Source of the DNA: Pseudomonadales bacterium
Lineage (GTDB): Bacteria > Pseudomonadota > Gammaproteobacteria > Pseudomonadales > Halieaceae
Assembly: GCA_024234735.1 (NCBI GenBank)
Contig: JACKNV010000009.1
Coordinates: forward strand, 75,162 to 139,161
Direction of reading: 5' to 3'
DNA: 64,000 nucleotides
In this document: positions 1-9,373 of the stretch, piece after piece
Position numbering within the stretch: the stretch's first letter is position 1
Layout of the letters: each line of letters starts with the position of its first letter
The notes under the pieces: model-generated
Seen by the model: only the letters and a program-made list of their open reading frames with translations
Databases searched by the model: none
Told to the model about the DNA's origin: nothing
Program-made: the position numbers and the translations under genes

Positions 1-177
1 CGCATCGACCAGTTGGAGCAACAGCAGCAGGCGCTGGAGGCCGCCATGGCCGAGCCCGATTTCTACCAGCAGGACCACGCCCGCATCCGCGAAGTGAGCG
101 AGCAACTGACGGCCCTGCAGACGGAGCTGGAAACGGCCTTCGAGCGCTGGGCTGAGCTGGAGGACGATGGCCGCTAG
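1..177 (+). CDS. 3' fragment of an ABC-F type ATPase (Uup-like coiled-coil tail); 5' end outside window
   Basis: Frame 1 is open from base 1 and reads RIDQLEQQQQALEAAMAEPDFYQQDHARIREVSEQLTALQTELETAFERWAELEDDGR. Stop is TAG at 175-177. The Glu/Gln/Leu-rich tail resembles ABC-F C termini, but it is too short for a firm call. Confidence 0.4.
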   Translation, partial: RIDQLEQQQQALEAAMAEPDFYQQDHARIREVSEQLTALQTELETAFERWAELEDDGR

Positions 178-1361
178 AGCACGGCGGCCACGGATTGCGC
201 GAGGTAGTCGATATTGCGCCGGTTGACCCCGGCCACATTGATGCGCGAGGAGTCCAGCATGTAGACACTGAACTCGCCGCGCAGGCGCAGCACCTGCTCG
301 GTGCTCAGGCCGAGGAAGGAGAACATGCCGTTCTCGCGCTCGATGAAATCGAAGTCGCGGCCGCTGCTCGCGGCCAGCTTGTGGCGCAGTTCGCGCCGCA
401 GGCCGTTGATGCGCTCGCACATGGTTGCCAGTTCGGCGCGCCAGGACTGCGCCAGCGCCGCGTCGGACAGCACCCTGCCGGCCAGCAGCGCCCCGTGGGC
501 GGGCGGCATGGAATAGATACCGCGCGCGGCCACCAGTGCCTGGCTGACCGCCGCCTGGGCGCTGGACTCATCGCGGCAGACAAACATGGCCAGGCCGGCG
601 CGCTCGCGGTACAGGCCCATGTTCTTGGAACAGGAGGCGGCGATGACGACCTCGGGCAGGCGCGCCACCAGCAGGCGCAGCCCGGCGGCGTCAGCCTCGA
701 TGCCCGCGCCCAGGCCCTGGTAGGCGATATCGACAAACGGGATAAACCCGCGCTGCTCCGCCAGGGCGGCGATCTCGCCCCACTGCTCCAGGGAGAGGTC
801 GGCGCCGCAGGGATTGTGGCAACAGCCGTGCAACAGCACCACGTCACCGGGCCTGGTGCGCTGCAGATCGGCCAGCATGCCCTCGAAGTTCACCCCGTGG
901 CTGGCCGGATCGTAGTATCGATACGTCTCGAAGGTCAGGCCGACGCTGCCCAGCAACGGGAAATGCACCGGCCAGGTGGGGTCGCTCACCCACACCCGCG
1001 CCTCGGGGGCGGCGCGAAAAATCACTTCCGCGCCGATGCGCAGCGCGCCGCAACCGCCCGGTGCCTGCACGCTGCCCACGCGGCCCTCGGCCAGGGCCGC
1101 GCTGTCCGGCCCCAGCACCAGGGTCTGCATACCCTGGATAAAGGCCTCGTCGCCGGCAGGTGGCATGTAGGCCTTGGTGACTTCCTGCGCCACCAGCGCC
1201 TGCTGGGCGCTGCGGATAGCCTCGAATACCGGGCAGCGACCCTGCTCGTCCATGTAGATGCCGACCGTCAGGTCCACCTTGTCAGGGTTGGGATCGGCGC
1301 GGCAGGCGGCGGCCAGGCCGAGAATGGAATCAGCGGGAAGGCGTTCGAGTCGGTCCAGCAT
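174..1361 (-). CDS. aspartate/aromatic amino acid aminotransferase (PLP fold type I, AspC/TyrB family)
   Basis: 395-aa ORF. N terminus has DKVDLTVGIYMDEQG and the PLP-lysine region reads SCSKNMGLYRERAG, both typical of AspC/TyrB. Confidence 0.9.
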   Translation of the reverse strand: MLDRLERLPADSILGLAAACRADPNPDKVDLTVGIYMDEQGRCPVFEAIRSAQQALVAQEVTKAYMPPAGDEAFIQGMQTLVLGPDSAALAEGRVGSVQAPGGCGALRIGAEVIFRAAPEARVWVSDPTWPVHFPLLGSVGLTFETYRYYDPASHGVNFEGMLADLQRTRPGDVVLLHGCCHNPCGADLSLEQWGEIAALAEQRGFIPFVDIAYQGLGAGIEADAAGLRLLVARLPEVVIAASCSKNMGLYRERAGLAMFVCRDESSAQAAVSQALVAARGIYSMPPAHGALLAGRVLSDAALAQSWRAELATMCERINGLRRELRHKLAASSGRDFDFIERENGMFSFLGLSTEQVLRLRGEFSVYMLDSSRINVAGVNRRNIDYLAQSVAAVL

Positions 1362-1383
1362 CGGTTGTGCTCCAGGTCAGGGA

Positions 1384-2826
1384 TTACAGTTCGGCCAGCA
1401 AAGCGGTGAGAAACCGCCAGAAGGGTGCCACGGTGGCGATTTCCACGCGTTCGCTCGGCGAGTGGGCACCGCGTATGGTCGGCCCGAAAGAGAGAATGTC
1501 CAGCGCGGGCTGCTTGCCCTTGAGTATGCCGCACTCCAGCCCGGCGTGAATCGCCTTGACCGCCGGGGCGAGGCCGAACAGACGCTGGTGCAGGTCGCGG
1601 GCCCGCTGCAGCAGCGGGCTGTCGAAATCCGGCTGCCAGCCCGGGTAGCCCACCGTGGCTTCGACCTCGAGTTTGAAGGCCCGCGCCAGCGCCAGGAAGG
1701 TTTGCTGCAGGGGCCGGCTCTGGTCTTCGCTGAAAAAGCGGAAGCTGGATTCCAGGAACAGCTTGCCGGCATCCAGCCGCAGGCGTGCCAGGTTGCAACT
1801 GAGGTCCACCAGTTCCGCCGGCAAGGTCAGGTTGTAGGCCTGCGCGCCGTGCGGCATGCTGGCCACCAGGTCCAGCAGGCATCGGGTGTCGGCGGCGCCG
1901 AGCACCCGCTCGCACTGCGCCGGCTGCAACTGCAGCTGCAGGCCCGCGTCCGCCGCGGGCAGATAACCCAGCCAGCGGGCCCGCAGGACCTCCAGGGACT
2001 CGGCCAGGGCCGCGCCCGCACCGGGCGCGCAGGCGAACACCAGGCTGCCCTCCCGGGGTATGACATTGTGCGCCACCCCGGCGTCGAATGCGGCCAGCTG
2101 CACATCGGCGACGCCCTCCAGGCACTGCCCCAGCAACTTGATGGCATTGCCCAGCTGCTCCTGAATCTGGATGCCGGAGTGCCCGCCGGCCAGGCCCTTG
2201 AGCGTCAGCCGCCACTGCTCGGCGCCCGCGGGACAAGGTCGGGTGGCATATTCCCGGCGCATCTCCCAGCCGCCGCCCCCGGCGCAACCCACGTACAGCT
2301 CGTGCCAGTCCTCGGTATCCAGGTTCAGCATGAGGCTGCCCGATATCAGCCCGGGATCGAGGTTGAGGGCCCCGCCCAGGCCGGTTTCCTCGTCTATCGT
2401 GAACAGCAGCTCCAGGGGGGGATGGGCCACACTGGTGTCCGTCATCAGGGCCAGCGCCGCGGCGCAGCCCAGGCCGTTGTCGGCGCCCAGGGTGGTGCGG
2501 TCGGCCCGCAGCCAGCCGTCCTCCACCACCAGTTCCAGCGGCTGGGTGGCGAAATCGTGGGACTTGTCGCCGGTCTTGACCGTCACCATGTCCAGATGGT
2601 TCTGGATCACCACCACCGGGCGCTGTGCCAGCCCCGCCGTGGCCGGCACCGCCACCGCCAGGTTGCCGGCGGCATCGCAGCGCCACTGGTGGCCGGCCTG
2701 GTCGGCCAGGTCGATGACGTACTGGCGTACCGCCGCCTCCTGGCCCGAGGGGCGCGGAATACGGGTGATCTGGTAGAAGTGTTCCCACAGCCCGGCGGGC
2801 TGGGTGGGGTAATCTGCCGGTTTCAT
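1384..2826 (-). CDS. pepD: aminoacyl-histidine dipeptidase (M20 family, PepD)
   Basis: ORF track gives 1384-2886. Start moved to the internal ATG (MKPADYPTQPAGLWEHFYQITRIPRPSGQE), a typical PepD N terminus. M20 metal-ligand regions HLDMV and DTEDW are present. Confidence 0.88.
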   Translation of the reverse strand: MKPADYPTQPAGLWEHFYQITRIPRPSGQEAAVRQYVIDLADQAGHQWRCDAAGNLAVAVPATAGLAQRPVVVIQNHLDMVTVKTGDKSHDFATQPLELVVEDGWLRADRTTLGADNGLGCAAALALMTDTSVAHPPLELLFTIDEETGLGGALNLDPGLISGSLMLNLDTEDWHELYVGCAGGGGWEMRREYATRPCPAGAEQWRLTLKGLAGGHSGIQIQEQLGNAIKLLGQCLEGVADVQLAAFDAGVAHNVIPREGSLVFACAPGAGAALAESLEVLRARWLGYLPAADAGLQLQLQPAQCERVLGAADTRCLLDLVASMPHGAQAYNLTLPAELVDLSCNLARLRLDAGKLFLESSFRFFSEDQSRPLQQTFLALARAFKLEVEATVGYPGWQPDFDSPLLQRARDLHQRLFGLAPAVKAIHAGLECGILKGKQPALDILSFGPTIRGAHSPSERVEIATVAPFWRFLTALLAEL

Positions 2827-2942
2827 AGGGTGATCTGCAGGTGTCCGGGGGCGGCGATTATAACGGGCGGGCGCCGGGGCGACCACAGTCGCCCACCCTG
2901 TGCTACGCTGCGCCCTTCGCAGCGGGCCATCACGACAGGCAT

Positions 2943-3524
2943 ATGAGCAAGCGCTACATCACTCCCCAGGAGCTCCTGGCAGACGCTTTCGCCCTGGGCT
3001 GGCAGGTCTTCGCCAGCGGCTTCCGGCCCGATTACGTGGTCGGCGTGTGGCGCGGCGGCACCCCGGTGGGTATCGCCGTGCACGAGCTGTTGCAGCTGCT
3101 GGGTGTACGTGCGGATCACACCGCGGTGCGCACCGCGTCCTACAGCGGCATCGCCCGGCGCGAGGAGCGGGTCCAGGTGGACGGGCTGGACTACCTGCGC
3201 CAGCGCCTGGCTCCGGGGCAGGCCCTGCTGCTGGTGGACGATGTCTACGACACCGGCCTGTCGCTGCAGCAGGTCGTGACCGAGCTGCGGGCCGACCCCG
3301 CCGGCGCGGGAATCGATATCCGCCTGGCCACCCCGTGGTTCAAGCCCGGCAACAACCGCACCGGCATGCGGCCCGACTACTTCCTGCACGAAACCGATAA
3401 CTGGCTGGTGTTCCCCCACGAACTGGACGGCCTCAGCCTGCAGGAACTGGAAGCCAACAAACCCGAGCTGGCGGCGGTGCTTGCGCAACTGAAAACCGCG
3501 CTGGCCGGGCACAAACCGGCATAG
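2943..3524 (+). CDS. phosphoribosyltransferase family protein (purine PRT-like)
   Basis: ORF track gives 2841-3524. Start moved to ATG 2943 (MSKRYITPQELL). PRPP-binding loop LLLVDDVYDTGLS is present. Confidence 0.8.
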   Translation: MSKRYITPQELLADAFALGWQVFASGFRPDYVVGVWRGGTPVGIAVHELLQLLGVRADHTAVRTASYSGIARREERVQVDGLDYLRQRLAPGQALLLVDDVYDTGLSLQQVVTELRADPAGAGIDIRLATPWFKPGNNRTGMRPDYFLHETDNWLVFPHELDGLSLQELEANKPELAAVLAQLKTALAGHKPA

Positions 3525-3625
3525 TGCACAAAATAGTCCCGTACTTTTTACGCTGATTTGACCGCGCCAGAACGTACACTTGAGCTTCCAGGGCCTACAC
3601 GGCCAGAAGGCAACACGAGTACCTC

Positions 3626-3808
3626 ATGAAAAGAGTAGACAGTGGCAAGGTGAGCCTGGTGGACTTCCTCGGAAGCATCAAGTTCAACCGGCAGCACGGC
3701 GAATCCAGCTACCGGGACACCGACACGGCGCAGTTCGCCCGCTTCGAGCAGCGCGTTCGCGGCCCGCACAGCGGCGAGGACAGCCAGCTCATCCGCAGCG
3801 CCAACTGA
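3626..3808 (+). CDS. hypothetical small protein (60 aa)
   Basis: This is the only ORF in a 300-bp gap and has non-repetitive composition. No clear Shine-Dalgarno sequence and no recognisable family. Confidence 0.3.
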   Translation: MKRVDSGKVSLVDFLGSIKFNRQHGESSYRDTDTAQFARFEQRVRGPHSGEDSQLIRSAN

Positions 3809-3829
3809 GGCCCCCGGCGCGGGCGACCC

Positions 3830-4663
3830 TCAGCCCGACACCTGGCGCACAAACGGCCTGATATAGTCGCTGTTACACAGCGACCAGCGTTGCTGCGGCT
3901 CCACCAGATGGTTGCCGATCACCGCGAACACCAGGGGGTTGAATGGAAACCCCACGTGACTGGCCATGACCGCCATATTGCGCACGTAGCGCGGGTCGCC
4001 CTCGCAGCGGGCGATACCGCTGCCCACGATACCATCGGATTCACTGAACAGCGCCAGCACCGGCACCCGCAGCTCGCCGCCGCTGTAGGTATACGCCACC
4101 CAGCGCGCCAGCGCCGCTTCGTCCACTTCCACCTGGTCGTTATAAGCCCGCCCCACCAGATTGTAAATCGATGTAGCCCGGGGGTCGCCGTAGGGTGTGC
4201 CCAGGGTGATCACCTGCCGTATCCACTGCGGGTAGCGGTGCGCCAGGGCCACAGCGTACAGCCCCCCCAGGCTCCAGCCTATCAGGCTGACCTTGCCGCC
4301 GCTGGCGCGGCACTCCTGCTCGACACGGGCCGCAATGATCTCCTCGGTTTGCCGACGGTGCTCCAGAAATTCGTCCAGGCTGCGCGGGCGCACTTGCGCG
4401 GCGTTGCGCCCCAGGCCCCAGGGAATGGCGCGGTAACCGCGTCGGTTGAGGAATTTGCGCAGGCTGGCGGTGGAGCCGTCGGCCCCCATGAAACCGGGAA
4501 TGGTCATGATCGTGTGGCCGTCGCCCCGGGGCAGGCGCCGCAGGACCGGCGCCAGCATGGCGCTACTGCCCATTTCCAGCACCACCCGCCCGAACTCCAT
4601 GACGCTGTGGTGCAACTTCGGGGGACGCAGGTCGGGTACCGGGCTGTAGGCAGGTATACTCAT
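3830..4663 (-). CDS. alpha/beta hydrolase
   Basis: 277 aa with the nucleophile elbow GWSLGG and an alpha/beta-fold length. Confidence 0.8.
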   Translation of the reverse strand: MSIPAYSPVPDLRPPKLHHSVMEFGRVVLEMGSSAMLAPVLRRLPRGDGHTIMTIPGFMGADGSTASLRKFLNRRGYRAIPWGLGRNAAQVRPRSLDEFLEHRRQTEEIIAARVEQECRASGGKVSLIGWSLGGLYAVALAHRYPQWIRQVITLGTPYGDPRATSIYNLVGRAYNDQVEVDEAALARWVAYTYSGGELRVPVLALFSESDGIVGSGIARCEGDPRYVRNMAVMASHVGFPFNPLVFAVIGNHLVEPQQRWSLCNSDYIRPFVRQVSG

Positions 4664-4810
4664 ATGCAGGCCTCGCAGGTTGCTGCCCCGTCATTGTGGC
4701 CAGTATCCACTGCCAAATACAGTAAAAACCGGCTCAGTGGGTTTAATTTATCATGCTAGAATTACCGGCCTGAATACGATTCCCTGCCTCTCGATACCGG
4801 GCCCGCCGCC

Positions 4811-5560
4811 GTGAATGACCAGCGCGACACAATATACGCCGATGGCTATACGGACCCGCTGGCCGCTCCCGGCCCGTTCAGTTTCGACGACAGCGTGGCC
4901 CGGGTGTTCCCGGACATGATCAGGCGCTCGGTGCCCGGCTATACCACCATCGTGGCCATGACCGGCCTGCTGGCCGGTCGCTTCGCCACGCCCGGCAGCC
5001 GGCTCTACGACCTGGGCTGCTCCCTGGGCGCCTCCAGCCTGGCCATGCGCCAGAACATCCACCACCCGGACTGCCGCATCGTGGCGGTGGACAATTCCGC
5101 CGCCATGCTGGCGCGCTGCCGCGGTATTATCGACACCGACACCCACGATACGCCGGTGGAGCTGGTGTGCGCCAACCTGCAGGACGTGGCGATCGAGCAG
5201 GCCTCGGTAGTGGTACTGAACTTTACCCTGCAGTTCATTCCCCGGGAGCAGCGCGAGCGGGTCGTCGGGAATATCTACCGGGGGCTGCAACCGGGGGGCG
5301 TGCTGGTACTGTCGGAAAAGGTCACCTTCGAGGACCCCCACCTGGACGAACTGAATATCGAGCTGCATCACCAGTTCAAGCGCGCCAACGGCTACAGTGA
5401 CCTGGAAATCGCCCGCAAGCGCAGCGCCCTGGAAAACGTGCTGCTGCCCGAGACCCTCGCCGCGCACAAGCGGCGCATCGCCGCCGCCGGCTTCGGCAGT
5501 TGCGACGTGTGGTTCCAGTGTTTCAACTTCGCCTCGCTGATCGCCCTGAAGCCGCGGTGA
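4811..5560 (+). CDS. cmoA: carboxy-S-adenosyl-L-methionine synthase
   Basis: GTG start. SAM-binding YDLGCSLG motif and CmoA-like sequence throughout. Its stop overlaps the cmoB start. Confidence 0.92.
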   Translation: MNDQRDTIYADGYTDPLAAPGPFSFDDSVARVFPDMIRRSVPGYTTIVAMTGLLAGRFATPGSRLYDLGCSLGASSLAMRQNIHHPDCRIVAVDNSAAMLARCRGIIDTDTHDTPVELVCANLQDVAIEQASVVVLNFTLQFIPREQRERVVGNIYRGLQPGGVLVLSEKVTFEDPHLDELNIELHHQFKRANGYSDLEIARKRSALENVLLPETLAAHKRRIAAAGFGSCDVWFQCFNFASLIALKPR

Positions 5561-6540
5561 TCGACTACCAGCCCCTTATCGACCGCTGGTGTGGCGGCGA
5601 CCTGGACCGCTGGGCGCAGCGGCTGCCGCAGCAACTGGCCAGGGGCCTCTCCACCACACGTTACGGCGACCTGCCGCGCTGGCTGCAGGCGCTGGCGGCG
5701 CTGCCCGACCTGCAGGCCCGGGATATCCACCTGGATACCGCCCGGGTGGGCGCCGCCGGCAAGGCGCCGCTGGATTCGGCCACCGCCACGGCGCTGCGCG
5801 AGGCCCTGCAGCAGTTGCACCCCTGGCGCAAGGGCCCCTTCGAGCTGTTCGGGGTGCACATCGATACCGAGTGGCGCTCCGACTGGAAGTGGGACCGGCT
5901 GGCGCCCGCCCTCGACGACCTGGCCGGCCGCCGGGTTCTGGACGTGGGCTGCGGCAGCGGCTACCACTGCTGGCGGATGCTGGGCGCTGGCGCCGCCGAG
6001 GTGATCGGTATCGACCCGACCCCGCTGTTCGTGGTGCAGTACTGGGCCCTGCGCAAATACCTGCAGCGCGACCAGGCCTGGGTGTTGCCGGTGGGGATCG
6101 AGGATCTACCGGCCAGGCTGCAGGCCTTCGACACCGTGTTTTCCATGGGCGTGCTCTACCACCGCCGCTCGCCACTGGACCACCTGCTGGAGTTGCGCGA
6201 CTGCCTGCGCCCCGGTGGCCAGCTGCTGCTGGAGACCCTGGTAATCGAGGGTGGGCCCGGTGCCACGCTGGTGCCCGAAAATCGCTACGCACGCATGGGC
6301 AACGTCTGGTTCCTGCCCAGCTGCGCCACCCTGCTGGGCTGGCTGGGCAAACTGGGGTATACCCAGGCGGAGGTGGTGGATGTCAATGTCACCTCGGTGG
6401 AGGAGCAGCGCAGCACCGGCTGGATGCGCTTCCACTCCCTGGCGGACTTCCTGGATCCACAGGACCACGACAAGACCATCGAGGGCCACCCCGCCCCGCG
6501 ACGGGCCATCGTCACCGCCCGGGCACCGGGGAGCAAGTGA
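5557..6540 (+). CDS. cmoB: tRNA U34 carboxymethyltransferase
   Basis: ORF track gives 5500-6540. Start set at GTG 5557, which overlaps the cmoA TGA (GTGA). VLDVGCGSGYH SAM motif and CmoB-like C terminus. Confidence 0.9.
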   Translation: MIDYQPLIDRWCGGDLDRWAQRLPQQLARGLSTTRYGDLPRWLQALAALPDLQARDIHLDTARVGAAGKAPLDSATATALREALQQLHPWRKGPFELFGVHIDTEWRSDWKWDRLAPALDDLAGRRVLDVGCGSGYHCWRMLGAGAAEVIGIDPTPLFVVQYWALRKYLQRDQAWVLPVGIEDLPARLQAFDTVFSMGVLYHRRSPLDHLLELRDCLRPGGQLLLETLVIEGGPGATLVPENRYARMGNVWFLPSCATLLGWLGKLGYTQAEVVDVNVTSVEEQRSTGWMRFHSLADFLDPQDHDKTIEGHPAPRRAIVTARAPGSK

Positions 6541-7661
6541 TAGGCAACGCGCTACAGGACAAGTGGGCTTCCCGCTGCGCCGCGTCGCTGCTCGCAGCCG
6601 CGCTTATGCTGCTTAATGCCTGCGCCAGCGGGCCGCCCGCCGATTATCCCTTCCAGCAGCAGCGCCCGCTGGCGCTGCTGCCTGTTTCCCGCTCAGCCGT
6701 CACTGACCAGCGGGCTGCGTTTCGCGCCTACTTCTGCCAGCTGAGCGCCACGGAGGGTCAGTCCCTGCCGGAACCCCAACCCTGTGCCGAGGCCCTGGTG
6801 GAACTTGCGGGCGAAGGCAAGGCGGACCACCGGGTGGATGCGCAGGCGATTACCCGCCAGCGCTATCGCATCGTAATCGTGCTGGGTATCGGCTGGGACT
6901 GTCTGCAGGCCTTTGTCGACGTCGACAAACTGCCGCACAGGCATCTGGCGCAGCTGGGCTACGATGTCACCCTGCTGCATGTCGACGCGCTGTCCAGCTC
7001 GGCCAACAACGCCTCGCAAATCGTAACGCAACTGACGCAACTGGAAGCAGAAGGAGACAAGAAACCGATCATCATGGCAGGATATTCCAAGGGCGCCGTC
7101 GACATCCTGGAAGCTCTCGCCCGCGACCAACCCGGTACCCGCAACGTGGCCGCGGTGCTGAGCGTGGCGGGCAGCATAGGCGGCTCCCCGCTGGCGGACG
7201 CCACCTCCCAGGGGACCGTGGACCTGATGCGCTTCGCCCCGGGAGCCCAGTGCGACGTGGGCGATGACGGCGCCCTGCACAGCCTGCGCACCGATGTGCG
7301 CCAGGACTGGCTGGCACGGCACACCCTGCCGGACACAATCCGCAGTTACTCCATGGTGGCGCTGCCCCGGGCCGGCCGCGTGTCCGCCATTCTCGAGCCC
7401 GGCTACGCGATCCTCGAGGACATCACCCCCCTGAACGACAGCAACGTCCTGTTCTACGACGCGGTCATACCGGGCAGCACCCTGCTGGGCTACGCCAACG
7501 CCGATCACTGGGCTATCGCCCTGCCGGTGGCACGCTCCAGCCCGATGCTAGGTGCCACCGTGGTCGACGCGAATCGCTATCCCCGGGAGGTGTTGTGGCA
7601 GGCCATGATTGAGTTCATTATCAATGACCTGGAGAATACTGAGCAGGGTAAAGGCGAGTGA
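6537..7661 (+). CDS. lipoprotein, putative lipase/esterase (alpha/beta hydrolase-like)
   Basis: This is the 3' part of the 690-aa track ORF 5589-7661. GTG 6537 overlaps the cmoB TGA. Lipobox LLNAC and G-x-S-x-G element GYSKG are present. Confidence 0.6.
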   Translation: MIGNALQDKWASRCAASLLAAALMLLNACASGPPADYPFQQQRPLALLPVSRSAVTDQRAAFRAYFCQLSATEGQSLPEPQPCAEALVELAGEGKADHRVDAQAITRQRYRIVIVLGIGWDCLQAFVDVDKLPHRHLAQLGYDVTLLHVDALSSSANNASQIVTQLTQLEAEGDKKPIIMAGYSKGAVDILEALARDQPGTRNVAAVLSVAGSIGGSPLADATSQGTVDLMRFAPGAQCDVGDDGALHSLRTDVRQDWLARHTLPDTIRSYSMVALPRAGRVSAILEPGYAILEDITPLNDSNVLFYDAVIPGSTLLGYANADHWAIALPVARSSPMLGATVVDANRYPREVLWQAMIEFIINDLENTEQGKGE

Positions 7662-7733
7662 TACACGGCGTTACCAGACCCGCTGATTTCCTGCGCAGGC
7701 GCCGCCATCCATATCCGGCTGAGGTGACGACAG

Positions 7734-7752
7734 TGTATTCATTTTGAATACA
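7734..7752. promoter_or_regulatory. candidate operator palindrome TGTATTCA-TTT-TGAATACA
   Basis: Perfect 8-bp inverted repeat with a 3-bp spacer, 34 nt upstream of ATG 7786. The binding protein is unknown. Confidence 0.3.
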
Positions 7753-7785
7753 GTTCGCGTGACACCTTCGAGAGGACAATATGAT

Positions 7786-8439
7786 ATGAAGCGATTCACC
7801 TGTTTGGCGGCCGCGCTGGCTGCGGCCTGGGCGGCATCGGCCGATGCCGACTGGATCGATGCGGCCTGCGATATTTTCCCGGCTGGCTCGGATCACCACG
7901 ACAAACTAATCCCCTGCACCTTCAGCCAACGGCAAGGCTACATCACCATCACCCGCGATGACGGTGTGGTACACGAACTGTCTCCACTGGGAGATGGCCC
8001 GGGTAACTTCGAGGACCGGGATGGCCGCCAGGTTTACCGGGAGAGCGGCCTTGGCGACCAGGGCCAGATTTTCCGCTTCCCGGATATCTCTATCTTTGTG
8101 TACTGGAACACGAGCATGCTAGAACCGGCGGACGAGGACAATCCGACCTGGCCGTTTACTACAGCCGAGTACGACGCCACGGCGCTGTTTCGCTGTAAGG
8201 CGGCGGGCGCCACCGAATTCGGCAACTGCCCGGGCGGCATTGCGCGGATGGAGGACAACCAGGCCTCGATCACGGTGAGGAACCCGTCGGGCGAGCAGTT
8301 CACGATCAACTTCATGACCGATTACGTGAACGCGACCAACCGCGAAGTCGAGGCGAGCCTGGAGGGCGACACCTGGATCCTGCGCTTCGCCAATGGCGAG
8401 GTGTGGGAAGTTCCAATTGCCGCGATCGAGGGGGGATGA
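7786..8439 (+). CDS. secreted hypothetical protein
   Basis: ORF track gives 7744-8439. Start moved to MKRFTCLAAALAAAWAASADA, a Sec signal peptide. Cys-containing mature part with no recognised family. Confidence 0.6.
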   Translation: MKRFTCLAAALAAAWAASADADWIDAACDIFPAGSDHHDKLIPCTFSQRQGYITITRDDGVVHELSPLGDGPGNFEDRDGRQVYRESGLGDQGQIFRFPDISIFVYWNTSMLEPADEDNPTWPFTTAEYDATALFRCKAAGATEFGNCPGGIARMEDNQASITVRNPSGEQFTINFMTDYVNATNREVEASLEGDTWILRFANGEVWEVPIAAIEGG

Positions 8440-8443
8440 GACA

Positions 8444-9373
8444 GTGCGCGCGCTGACGAGAGCCTGCGTGCTGGGTGTGACCATAGGCCTGTCGGCGCCG
8501 GGCAACGCCTCTGCGTCGGAACTGGAAGGCACTGGCTGGCGCCTGCTGAACATCACATCTATGGACGACACCATCGATGTGCCGGACGATCCGTCAAAGT
8601 ACACCCTGGAATTCGCCGCCGAGAACCGCGCCGCGATGGTGGCGGACTGCAACCGCGGCGCTGGCACCTGGTCCTCGGACTCCCCTCCCCAGTTGACGTT
8701 CGGCCCCATCGCCGCCACTCGCGCGCTGTGCCTGCCGCCGTCGCTGTCGGAAAAATACCTCGCCCAGTTCGAGTGGGTGCGCAGCTTCATGATAAAGGGC
8801 GGCCACTTGTTCCTGGCCACCATGGCCGACGGTTCTATCATCGAGTTCGAGCCGCTGCCGCCGGTCGTGGCAACGGTACTGGGCGATGAGATCCGAGCCA
8901 GGGATGTGCCCGAAATGCAGGCCATTATCGTTACGCGGCTATTTGACCGCTATGCGGCGGATAACGGCATTGAGGTGACAGAATCCGAACTTGACGCGTA
9001 TATCGACCGCGTGCGCCGCGGCATCGCTGCAGGGGGGCTGACGGCGGCGGACGATTTGACTCCGGATGAGCGGCTGGAGGTCGAAGCCATGCGTCGACAA
9101 ATGGGACATGCCATGATTCGCCAGTGGAAGATCAACAAGTCACTTTACGAGAGCTACGGCGGCCGCATAATTTACCAGCAACTCGGTCCGGAGCCTCTGG
9201 ATGCCTATCACCAGTACCTAGAAGAGCGTGAACAGGCCGGCGACTTCGCGATTCTGAATCCGGACATGAGGCCCGCATTCTGGCGCTACTTTACCGACGT
9301 GTCGATGCACGACTTTATGAAACCGGGCGGCGATGACGAGGCGAACGCGTTCGCCACGCCACCCTATCAATGA
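8444..9373 (+). CDS. META (HslJ-like) domain protein with C-terminal extension
   Basis: ORF track gives 8393-9373. GTG 8444 lies 4 nt after the upstream stop and behind a GGGGGGA tract. It has a signal-like N terminus. The META pattern is LEGTGWRLLNI...ADCNRGAGTW...ATRALC. Confidence 0.7.
   Translation: MRALTRACVLGVTIGLSAPGNASASELEGTGWRLLNITSMDDTIDVPDDPSKYTLEFAAENRAAMVADCNRGAGTWSSDSPPQLTFGPIAATRALCLPPSLSEKYLAQFEWVRSFMIKGGHLFLATMADGSIIEFEPLPPVVATVLGDEIRARDVPEMQAIIVTRLFDRYAADNGIEVTESELDAYIDRVRRGIAAGGLTAADDLTPDERLEVEAMRRQMGHAMIRQWKINKSLYESYGGRIIYQQLGPEPLDAYHQYLEEREQAGDFAILNPDMRPAFWRYFTDVSMHDFMKPGGDDEANAFATPPYQ

Noticed and set aside
195-2946. ORFs 195-1409 (+), 1258-2946 (+) and 1268-2788 (-)
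   Set aside because: They are antisense or alternative frames of the aminotransferase and pepD genes. No motifs, and skewed composition.
5589-6536. N-terminal 316 codons of the 690-aa ORF 5589-7661
   Set aside because: They overlap cmoB in another frame and encode Arg/Gly/Pro-rich low-complexity sequence. Only the part from GTG 6537 onward, with a lipobox signal, looks genuine.
7734-7752. Reading the palindrome TGTATTCATTTTGAATACA as a LexA, ArgR or Fur box
   Set aside because: The spacing does not fit CTGT-N8-ACAG. The half-site order (ATTCA..TGAAT) is inverted relative to an ARG box. There is no Fur-like GATAAT core. It is kept only as an unassigned candidate operator.
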